This document shows positions 1 through 11,259 of a DNA stretch of 64,000 bases, piece by piece. The stretch's first letter is position 1; every line of letters begins with the position of its first letter. This DNA comes from Ylistrum balloti (lineage: Eukaryota): positions 124,001 to 188,000 of the forward strand of contig NW_026782073.1 of assembly GCF_031769215.1 (NCBI RefSeq). Reading direction: 5' to 3'. Position numbers and translations under genes: made by a program. The notes below the pieces were generated by a model. It was not told the DNA's origin. It saw nothing but the letters and a program-made list of their open reading frames with translations, and did not search any database.

Positions 1-581
1 TATATATATGTTCCTTGTAAACCTAGTGATATCTAGGAAATGATATTATTAAAGACATCTTTCCATCACCCTTAAGAATGTATTACAGTATAACCTGCCT
101 GAAGTAATTTGAATCCTGTCTAATGTCTATTCTAAAAACTAGCATGGTTCTGCTACTCCTAATTTAATTTGTTCCCTGGTGGTTAGCAGTGGTTCCATGT
201 AGCGTAGGATCCCTCACATTAGCAAGAAGAACATCATTGTAAATATCACATCATACTCACTGGTATTTAGAAAACAAAATAATAGTCACAGACCACAGTT
301 TTCTCAAATTTTGTTGTATTAAAGACTCTAAATTAAAGTAGAAAGCTTATTTGAAACATTAAATTTTTTTGCTTTGTATGATCAAGTTTTATGTAATATT
401 CATATTTTGAATGCTAAAATCTACCCATCCCCTTCTACACCTTGCACCTTTTAACACCAGTCAAGTATTTTGATCTCGGTGACATCCAGTTTAGACAGAT
501 AACAATCATTTTAGATCACAAAATGTGTTGTCTCCTACACACACACATATACATATCTCAGAAATTCAGATTGTATTGCAG

Positions 582-621
582 GGATCTTGAACTATTGACA
601 GATCAGAGCTTCAGAAGACAG
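582..621 (+). CDS. Possible internal or penultimate coding exon of an unidentified gene entering from the left (…DLELLTDQSFRRQ)
   Basis: Acceptor ttgtattgcAG|582 and donor 621|GTatgt; only one frame is open. Could join ttatacAG|GAG TGA near 1190 as a terminal exon. No recognisable domain. Confidence 0.3.
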
Positions 622-2854
622 GTATGTGTATGATAAAATATACGAGATACTCATTATCATCAAACAAAGAAATATATGGTCCTTTAACAGTGACCTACAT
701 ACCAACATGTACCAAGTAAGGAGCTGGTAAAATCTAGACATCAATGATTGTGTATCAATGGTAAGTGGTCTGTATACAGAGTGATGGCACCGACTATCAC
801 CAAGATAATTCATGTAGCTGACTTTTAATTAATGTACACATCAAGATCTAGTGTAACAAGACGTTTAAAGCCTACATAAACCTGATTTGTATCCTATGTC
901 TACAAAAACAGTTTTCTGGGTTTTAAATTCATGGACTGTTAGTAAAAGTAAATCAGATGGTGTATACTTGTAACTTTCAAAACATTTATTTCAAATAAAT
1001 CCTATATAAACCTGCTGTAATAAAAACATACAAAGAGTGTTTAAAAGAAAAACAACACTTATTTCCTTTCATAATGGCCCTGGCTTTAAAGTCTGTATCC
1101 ATTGCATAAAAAGGAAATCAAATTTCACGAACATTTGCCTAAATTCAAACACACTGGTTACAATCTTAATATGTGCTAGTTTATACAGGAGTGAACAGTG
1201 AAATATAATTTATTTCATACGTGTCATTTCTTTAAACTTCTCTGGTACTGCTTCAGAATAATGTGTTCCCATGTAAAAAATGCTGACCCATACGCGTATT
1301 TTAACCATTTGACAGTTGTAGGTACAAAACATAATATAAGCAATAAATGATTTTAATAAAAGATAAAAACATCAATGTTTCGATATGACCAAATTGATTT
1401 GCAATCATCATTCCATATAATACATAATGTACCTTGTACAAATCATGTGGGAAGGATGATAATCATTTCAACAACAAGGTGAGCAGCTCCCAAAGCTTTT
1501 CATGGCATGTGTGATAATTTTCTATTTTTGATTAATCCACACTTCATTTCGTGAAACTTGAACCTCAAATCAGTTATTTTAGCTTCCTTAAACTTTGTAT
1601 CGGAATTGTGTTTAAGTAAATTTAAAGATGGCAACATCCGTAATGACGACTTTGACATGCCACGATTTGGTGTCCCATGGGTTATTGTAAAAAGAAACAA
1701 AACTAACACAATTTATTGTAACTTAGGTTCATGTTTGATTATTTCCTCATCATATCTTTTGATGCATACCAAAGACTCATTTTCAGAAGTATCAACAGCA
1801 TGTTGGAAAACCAGTGGCATGGCACCAACACACACACGTCTTTGGCCAACAATCATGAGAAGTTCCAAGTGAAAAAGGGTTTAAGACCAATCTTAACACT
1901 TGGACTGCACTAGCCAATTACCAAATAAATGTATCAGACTCCCCTGGACCTTACAGATATATGGGTCAATCTATTGGTCTACTGAGGTGTGAAAAGTTGG
2001 GCAGGAGGGCAGTAAAGATGTTTACATAAGGCGTTCAAGTGTGACGTATTGCTCTTGTGACATGATTCAATTGTTCTTGTCCTAACTTACCTGTGTTTTT
2101 TTTAATTTTCTTTTTGATAGTCATTAAAATGAAGTGATATTTTTGCATTGCCCATATGAAAATAAGTGACATTACCAGATAATGATTACATAGAATATAG
2201 AGAGAAAAAAATCAATTTCAAGGAAATATGATATTAATCAGAAAGTGACATTAACTAACATGAAATTAAGTGGTTTCCATCATAGTACCAGGTATTTCAC
2301 TCAAGTAACAATTCAGTCATAAGATGACAACATTTTCACCAAGTCTTTTGTAATGAAAAGTATTTGCCAAATTATGAAAAGTTGGATGTCAAAAATACAG
2401 TTCATGCCGAAAGAAATAAATCCCATTCGGTTACGTAACAATGTATACTTAATAACTTAAGAGTTAGCATAGATAGCAGGCGAACTTTCCACCACATTAC
2501 AATGGTCTATTTCCTGTTTCTTATATACCACAATCACACATACATAGTGTTGACATCCGAATCAACTTAAATATTTCCTCTGCATAAATCTGAAGTCATT
2601 TCTTCTAAACGATATGATTTTGTATGATGTGATCATGATAAAACAAAATAGTGCGCAAATATTATTTCAAGGCCGAAGATCTATATATATGATCAAATGT
2701 TGTCAAATCTTGTCCTTGAAGTTAAAATTATTACTTGTTACAGATCCTGTTAAAAACATATTGGGTACCAGACTGTGACAAATTAATAACTTCAAGGATA
2801 TATGTACCTTATTTCCAATATCTTTCAACATGTGACTACCAAGTATGCACTTAC

Positions 2855-3246
2855 CTTTTGGTTTGTCCATCATAAACAATGCCATTCTTTGTAATTGACT
2901 GGCTCTGCTGGGTGCTTGGAACAGATGGATTCCCTGGTGCACTGAGAATAGGTTGATTTCCTGGTATCAGTGGGGAAAAACCACTCTCTTGCTGATGTTT
3001 TGAAGTGCTGTCGTGTTCTGTGTTATTGTTGATGGTAACCATTCTCTTGGGTTCGGATGGAATCACAGCTGTCATTGGAAACATGGCAGACTCTGTTGTA
3101 TGGTCACAGTTGTAAGGCCGTGTTGGAGTTTGAGAGATGCCGTTAGTACTGTTGATATGGGTCATTGTCACTGCAGTGTGCGTGGGGCTCCCAAGAGGAG
3201 GTGCCCTCTTTGGAGGGTCTTGAAGTACCACTTGACCAGTGTCCAT
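2855..3246 (-). CDS. Probable first coding exon of an unidentified gene (Pro/Ser/Thr-rich, MDTGQVVLQDPPKRAPP…NGIVYDGQTK)
   Basis: ATG at 3246 with an in-frame stop upstream. Acceptor tttcAG ends at 3327 (exon starts 3326); strong donor AAAAG|GTAAGT after 2855. Possible 5' non-coding exon with donor GAG|GTAAAT at 4067 and a CpG-richer promoter-like zone at ~4150-4280. Downstream exons not found. Confidence 0.4.
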
Positions 3247-5041
3247 CTTCTTATATAGTGACAAACATTACAACTTGATTTGATGCTGATAAATCAGAAA
3301 GTCACTTCCATTCAGGAAACTGCAGACTGAAACATAATGATATGAATGCATAGGTACAAATCTTAAACTCTGACAGTAACCTCAAGTTCCAGGATATTTA
3401 CATTATAAAACTTCATCGGAATTGTCCCTTTGAAGCTTCTATATTGAAAGTAATCTTATTCTTCCTGGTTTATGCTTGTTTCAAAGTTTCATATTTTATA
3501 TTGTCTTAAATGTGGAAATAACAGTAACTGCCGTGGAAAAGATCGTACTGCTTCCTTGTTATATTTCCCCCAATATATATTGCTGAATTGAATACAATGA
3601 AATGAATGTTCCGAGTGGTAGAAAAACGATTTACATGTACTGGACAACTGCATAAAATTATGAAACTGACTTATACAAATTGACAAAATCCAAATTACAA
3701 TAGCCCTATCCATTATTACATTCACTGTTGGCCTAACAGGTTTCTTTAACCCAGTACGTATGTACGCATATACACTCTTAGATTACACCCCTCTCAAACC
3801 GAACCTTTATTCCAGAAGTAAGATTCTGGAGGCAACCGACGAAATGACGATGGGGCGTAAATATTAACATATATATACATAACAGCAAATAGACTGGCGA
3901 AATTGGAAAGTTGTAGTTGGATGCCTCTCCAAATATTACCGTAGGTGATCGATCTCAGTAGTTCACATTTTCGTCAACAAAGTCAAATTCCTATCGGTAT
4001 GAAATGAAACAATAACAAATACCACAGCAGACACGACGAATAACCTTAATAGAAGTTGCAATTTACCTCATTTAGAAAATAATATTTGAAACAACACAAA
4101 AAAATATCATCATCAAAATATTAAGTGTCCAAAAAGTTTGGTATTCACATTTTCAGCTGACACCTGTCGTAACGCTGTCTTCCATATTGGTTTGATATGC
4201 GCAAGTTTGAATGCGCAGTGGAAGTTGCGGTCGCGATGACTTTAGCTCCGCCGTTCTTACAAGACCGGATACATGTTGCAGTCTTCACATTACTATTTTC
4301 ACTTATAAAAAAAACTATTGCAGCCAGTCGTTACACATATAGATATATATGAAATATCTATCATAATGAAACTGAATTGTAGACATGTCATTTTCAACAT
4401 TAAACGACTCGCATCACAAGGGTCGGCAATATTTTCTGGATTTTTTGAGCCCCACGAAAGCTTATAAAAAGAATGGTAGCGGCGATGGAACATCTCAGTT
4501 TAAGATAAAGGAATATATATGAAATAAAGATAATGCCATGGTTTCGTTTATGTTTGTGAAATATGAAATTTATGTAAAATGTAAATAAACTTTATATTTT
4601 CACGTCGATATTACCAATTTCTTAGAATACATACGCCACTATTATCCACGGTAAACTGTACTTCCATGACACACTACTACACACAGATTGTCCTTGATAC
4701 TACCCGTCATAGAGTTTTATTTCATTATCGACCCGTTATCCAGTGAATTCGCCCAATATTTTGTGTATGTAATGATGGACTTCTGTGATTTAACTAAATA
4801 TAGGTTAATATACAGGGAGAGATTTTCGTATGAAATAGAAATCGATTGTGATGTCATAATTTAGACGATGATGTTGCGACATAATTGAAAATTTCATAAC
4901 AAAATGAGTGCTTAGATTTTTTAGTATAATATTTTGTTTCTGAATTTTAACTTTGAAACCTGTCAATGTGTATCTTTTTCACTTTATACACAATAAAAAA
5001 TCATTAAAGATTGTACAGAAACTCCTCTTTTCGGTTGGTTT

Positions 5042-5054
5042 GTTGCCTGGTAAC
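5042..5054 (+). promoter_or_regulatory. RFX X-box-like motif GTTGCCTGGTAAC
   Basis: Matches the RFX consensus GTNRCC(N0-3)RGYAAC. Lies 30 bp upstream of a consensus donor AAC|GTAAGT (5084/5085), suggesting a 5' UTR exon of the + strand gene at 6644. Confidence 0.5.
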
Positions 5055-5384
5055 AGGTCACTAGGCGTTGTCTCGCCGGTGAACGTAAGTGTTTGTCGAC
5101 GTCTACTACTCTTGATCACCTTGGAATCAATTAAGTACTTTCGAGTTGCCTCCCCTAGTCCACAGCTATGCCCTACAATATCGGTTAGGCCTAAAAGGGG
5201 TTCTCTGTTTTAAATGATACTGTCGAAGCGTGAGCGGCGTGCTTCTTTGTAAATAAAGCACTTAGACTTGTTATGGTTATCTCCACATATTACACATATA
5301 AGTTTTCAATGTTGATTCTTCGTAATCATGTGTACTACAGAACATTTGAGTACATTGTTTTTTTGGTCGTAATAAAAGAATCCG

Positions 5385-5745
5385 TTATATCGCGGGACTA
5401 GGACCTGTCCTATCTCGTAACTACAATTATACTGGGTCCGTCCTATATCGGGAATTATAATTACAATTATACGTCCGTCCTATGTTGGTATTTATAACTA
5501 CTATTGCACGGCTTGTCATCTACCTCGGACTTCAAATTACAATTATACGGCCCTAACTATCGTGGAACTTGTAATTATAATTATAAGGCTTGTCAGGACT
5601 AACTTCAATTTTCGCAGGACTTACGGCAAAAATTATACCGATTCGTCTCATCTCGGGATTTATAACCACAATTATACAGCCCATCCTATCTGGGAACTTA
5701 TAGCTATTTTTTATACGACCGGTCCTATCTCGGGACTCATGAGCG
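5385..5745. repeat. Degenerate ~38-39 bp tandem repeat (consensus ~cctatctcgggacttataactacaattatacggcccgt)
   Basis: cctatc/tcggga and acaattatac cores recur at ~39-bp spacing (about 5410, 5441, 5479, 5519, 5558, 5647, 5685, 5724). Confidence 0.7.
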
Positions 5746-6643
5746 AGGACAGAGGATAGAACCTCTCACGAGCTCCCGTGTCATAGCCGATAACGCCGCC
5801 GTGAGTATACTGTCACCTGGAGATATCACACCCTTACCAACCCCTAAAGGTCAGGTCACAAGCAGGGGACGATCTGGCAAGTACAGTAGAATCCTTGGTG
5901 TCATAGAGCAGAGAAAAGGAGAAATACACCAATGCTTAATGCTTGTGTGATAGTGAATGTAAACTAGTTTTTAAAAGTGGTATTTATCGCAAAAAAAGAG
6001 AGTCCACATGCCTAAACCTACAAGCCACCATATTACTATTAAGTTAGAGTAAGTCATGCAAATTACAGCATTTCATGCCTTACCATGGTGCAGCTATTTT
6101 ACCAAAACGCTCCTGACTGACAATTGGTTAATTACATGGCATGAGATCGTCAGTTGGATTTAACCATCTTTATGATTTTGGCGTTGTACTTCCACTTTTG
6201 TGACTACAATTATTTAAGAAGAATGCTTTAGTACCTAGTTTCGAAGCTTGTCGACTTGTCATTTCAACAAAAATAATAAGAGAATATCCCACTTACAGAT
6301 AAAAGATTCACTATCAGGAAAATGGGTTTTTTTTCCATTCCGAATGCCATTCCACTGATAAAATGAGAAGCACTGAAAATAAAACTTTTTTTCTGACTTT
6401 TTTATTTTTCTCAAACTTTTATCTGACCCTGTTATCGTGTGGTGAAGGTAATATGTAGTACAGGAGTGTTCCGCCTTATCTGTATAACCCGTCGGCTATC
6501 AGTCGATATGACCAATATCGTCACTGACGTTATCTCTCAATTACCTCCCCTTTGGTACGAACACAGTACCAGTTGAAAACTGTCATCAATACGACGAGGA
6601 CGGACCTAGACCTCTTAGTGTTTATGTGCAAGATTTGTTCAAA

Positions 6644-9600
6644 ATGGAAATAATGAATGACAGTAGGGATAATGATTCAGACGACGAGTCATTGACTATC
6701 GACAGCGACGAAGATCTTGTAGATGAGTCGAATGAGGAAAACGTTGCGACGGAAAACCATCGTTTATGGTCTGCGGTTTCTTTACGAAAAGAGCATGCCG
6801 CGTACTCTAGTATGTCTGGTCTTATTAATTCTTCAGATTATGGCGGACCGGAGACAGAAGAAGATCTTGGAATCAACATGGAAAACAGAAATACACAACG
6901 GAAGACAGACACGGACATACGGATTCTTATAGCCTATCTCCGGTCCCTGAATGACTCCCGACCACCGGAGACGATACCACCAATTGAACTCGACAGGTAT
7001 CTATCTAACTTCTTCACAATTGTAAAGAAACACGATGGAAATGAGTACGAGCCAGCAAGTCTCAGGGGCATGCTTTGTAGTGTGGAGCGGTACCTTAAGA
7101 TGAAGAGTTACCAGGCCTCAGTCACCCGTGATATTGTTTTTGTTAATACACGACACGCTCTAAAATATAAGCAGCAAAGGTTACGAGAGCTTGGAAAAGG
7201 CAGCAAAAAACCTAACGAACCCTTCGGTAAAGTGACTTTAGACAAAGTCAATCAGCTGTTTACCGCGCGCGAGATGGGACCATACACACCAATGTCTATC
7301 ATTAACAGTATGTGTTTTATGTTCATCGTCCACTTCCGGTTGCGAAAGGCAATCGACCACAAGAATTTAGTCTGGGGAGACATCAAACTTCGGGCGGATC
7401 AGAGTGGGAAGGAGTATATTCTATATGAGCCTATCCTTAATCGTGGTCAGCTCGATGGCAACATCACCACCCCAAACACACCGGCAACCACCGCAGGTAC
7501 CACAAGCCCGACAAACAAACCTGAGCAATGCCGTTCGTCGTACACGAAGCTGTGTATATGGGCTCAGCCAGAGGTACCTGAGCGAGATCCTGTTGGAATC
7601 TACAAACTTTACAGTCAAAAACGACCTCCAAACATGCAACACGACAATTCGCCATTTTATCTTGGTATTACAACCCTCCATCCATCCCCCGTGCAAGCAT
7701 GGTATCGGACATGCGCCATGGGTGTCAATAAACTTAGCGATCTTGTCCGTATGATCCGTGATATCACAGGTCTCCCCCGGGCAGCACTCAATCCTCCGGC
7801 TGAGTCCCTTCTGTCGGAGAGCTACACAACCAACCTTCCCTCCTCGTCCGTCTCTCCTACATCATACACTACACTCAATCGCATGGGACACTCACCAGAA
7901 GCTGACAAAAACATCTGCACCTTTATGTCTATTCCTCATTCCGCTAGAGAATCTCCAAAAATCGACAGCGGGAAGAACACGCCAGTGTATAATTCAAGTG
8001 TGGACAGGATTAAGGAGGAGCCGAGAGATACTGTGGCTGGACAACCAACGGGTACTGCTATACCTGACAACTGGTCTCGGGATGAGGCGGAGAACTTGAA
8101 GGTGCAACGATTACAGCTTCCCGTCCAACAATCCACTATTCTCTCCCGGAGCAGTTCCTCGTGTAGTGACACACGATCTCCCCAGTCGTCCGCTAATACC
8201 AGTACACAGGGTAGGTACATAATTCCTCATAATAAACTAGTGTTGCTACGGTAAATACTACAATCAGTATCCTGGTAAGCATACAGAAATAGTTCCCAAT
8301 CCATCTTTACTATCAGTGTCCTTGTAAGTACACGGAAACGACTTTAGCCACCCTACGCCCCAGTAATGTGGTAGGAACACACATACGAGACATGTTGTGC
8401 AATCCGCCCTCAGTACCAATGTCCTTCGTAAGTATACGGATGGTTCCCAAGTCCGTCCACAGCACCACTGTCCTTGGGATGCATACGGATGGTTCCCAAG
8501 TCCGTCCTCAGCACCAGTGTCCTTGGGAAGTATACGGAGGGTTCCCAAGTCCGTCCTCAGCACCAATGTCTTGGGTAAGTATACAGACAGTTTCCAAGTC
8601 CATCCTCAGCATAAGTGTCCTTGGTAGTATACGGACGGCCCCTACGTCCGTCCTCAGCACCAGTGTCCTGGGTAAGATTACACGGGAAACGAACATATTA
8701 CCCATACCGGTCTCACGGCCATTTTTCTTTCTCTCTGATTTGCTATGAAATGGAATATCAACAAGAATATTGATGCCTGTTTTGATGTCTGGTATTTTAC
8801 ACAAAACGAGCACAAGTTAAACAAGCATTTTTTAAGTTTTGGAAATAACGTCAAACTATTGCCGCCACTACTGCCGACGTCCTATACTGCAATTTATGTG
8901 AGTAGACAATAATGTTAGGAATTGAATTTATATATATATAAATATAAAAATATACAAATTCCATTCCTAACATTATTGTATATATATGATATTTCTACTT
9001 CTGGAATATACTGTTTAATATGCTGCCAAAGGAACCTCTCGTTTCGGTAAGTATAGACATACATTTTAATAAAGTATTGTATTGTTCTATTTAAGTCATA
9101 GAAAGGTACATTTTGACCGGTACCAGATTATGAACAAGGATTTGTCCTCAGTCATATCGTAATTGTGAGTAATTGGTATTAAATCATAATATTATCGTTA
9201 GAGCATCGCCGATTGTTAGTATATCAATCAACTGTATTCAGTTATTTTTTGTTTAACTCAAGGAATTATACAATCATAAGTGGAATTTCCATTTGATATC
9301 TAAACGACATATCGTCCCAGCTGTTAGCGGTTTGGAGAGTTGAAGAACTGCCTACACCTTGTCCCGGATGTTATCGGGACGGCAGCCTGATAACCCGTTT
9401 CCGATGTTCTGAGAACTTTAGAATCTGTTGGATATCAAGGACGCTCTCCAAATATAGGTCTGAAGATATGACACAAGTTGAATGACACACATAACGGACG
9501 ATAACGCGGACCTGTATTGTCACTATAGTCAAAGGACAGCTACCTTGCCATATTTAGAAAAAAAAAGTGCATGTGTTTCACAACTGATATCAAGTGTATT

Positions 9601-11259
9601 TTTACCGGCCTGTAAAGTAATCTTAGTAACAACAACTAGCTTATCATTCTTTGTATTCTTTATACTGATCATTCTCATCTTGTCTTTCAATGATTGATAC
9701 CTTTAAACATGTTATTGTGATATTTGTTCATAGACCTTTTATCATTTACATAAGATGATTCGCCGCTGAATGTCTCCGCCATGGCAGTTATCCAAAGCGC
9801 CCAGAACAAGTTCCGGGAAATGCTACAGTCGTTAGACCCCGAAAGTTTCACTGGATTTGAAGGGTGGCTGAAACGGATTCAGATATCCCGGGACCCCAAC
9901 ACAGGTTGTTAACTTGTCAACAGCAAGTTTATTTGTCAGTACATATAATATAATGAATAGTTTTTGACCAGTACATAGGGAAATAATGTTTTGGAAAAGA
10001 TTTCCTTTCGTCACTAAACGTAAAGATACTGTCGCTTTTATACAGTTTGATTCTCTCAATTTTGTTTCATCACCACTTTTTACGTTGGCTTTGATGTAAT
10101 GCAGAAGTGTGTAGTTCTGTGACAGTAACAGTAGCTAGAAATGTGTCATATCCACTGTAAAACTGTTATAGTGACTGATTATATTTGATTTATAGGTGAA
10201 ATTAAGTGCGAAGAATCTAAAGATGGAGATATCTCAAATAAATCAGTCACAGATGACATCACACTGATTGACCATTCCGCGGCCAGCATTACACTCAACA
10301 TCACATTGTCGCCTGGAGCCATGTCCGGTGAAGGTCCGGTAACGGTGACCGCCTCTACAGTCCCCCGAAAAATCTCAACCGTGGCACCACCTCAGAAGAG
10401 TACTATTATAAAGACTAATGTGGTGGAACCGTTGGACATGCCACATTCAGGCCGTTCGACCGTTCAAGCCAACATGGTGGAAAACCCAAATACAACCAAC
10501 CTGTCACCGACGTCTGGAGAAAAAAGAATATGGCCGTGTCCATCAAATAAACGGAAGCGTTATGCCTCCAGTGACTCGATTTATGGACAATCTGGCAAGT
10601 TTAACAAACTATCCAATGGATTTGCAACCGGTAGTAATCCAGGTAATGACAGTCGAGAAGTCAACGACGACACCGAAAGTTCACCATATAGTCACCAAAC
10701 CAAGAACTATGAAACCGACTGCAATATTGTTGGTACTAGCTATCAACATCAAAGCAATGACAATATCCGAAACACTAATCCTGTAATTACACCCACCGAC
10801 AGTGAGAATCCGAGGCGTCCTTCATCGCCTTCCTCTGACAGCGGACATGTCGGTTCTCAAACCGTGTCCAGGAGTAGGGCGGACGATGCCCTGTCTGTAT
10901 TCAAACCTTGCTTGACTACTTCCGGTGTATCGGCAACCGCCGTTGGTGGAACTCAAATGGCGACCCCATCTATTCCACAGGCACATACGTCCCTCGCCCA
11001 GCGCCTAGGCTGTAACCCATCCGCAAGGGATCTTAGTATGTTTATCCCTATGCCCCTCCCTTACCCAGGACAAATCCCGTCAATCATGGCGAACCGGATG
11101 TTGCACAATCCCGCTATGTTGGCATCCTTCGCCAACTCGCACATACCGGTGTCCGCGCATGCGGGGTACCTGTCACATCACAACGTGTATAACACACTGA
11201 ACAGAGGAGAAAATACATCTATAAGTGCGTCTACAACGAGTGCTGACTCCATTAATTAA
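6644..11259 (+). CDS. Crypton-derived (DUF3504 / tyrosine-recombinase-like, KIAA1958/ZMYM/QRICH1-type) domain protein, ~926 aa; join(6644..8210,9755..9904,10196..11259)
   Basis: Motifs NTQRKTDTD, LDRYLSNFFTIVKKHDGNEYEPASLRGMLCSVERYL, HFRLRKAIDHKNLVWGDI, RDPVGIYKLYSQKRP, SPFYL and WY…MGVNKL are characteristic of Crypton/DUF3504 proteins. Junctions CAGG|GTAGGT (8210), taAG|9755…9904|GTtgtt and tttatAG|10196 are all phase 1 and keep the frame open; total 2781 nt. AATAAA at 11386. Confidence 0.82.
8270..8690. repeat. 49-bp tandem repeat (agtatacggatggttcccaagtccgtcctcagcaccagtgtccttggga), ~8 diverged copies, in intron 1 of the DUF3504 gene
   Basis: Unit starts at 8431, 8480, 8529, 8578; internal cccaag…cttggg inverted pair. 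Confidence 0.85.

Noticed and set aside
1440-1920. Overlapping 60-104 aa ORFs on both strands
   Set aside because: No consistent splice sites or domain; probably UTR or intron.
6626-8254. The 542-aa ORF as a complete, autonomous Crypton transposon
   Set aside because: GTG start (first ATG is 6644), a donor at 8210 joins further exons, catalytic HxxR/Y motifs are missing, and no element termini are seen.
8264-8813. Four overlapping ORFs of 76-126 aa
   Set aside because: They arise from the 49-bp intronic repeat; no domain or splice support.
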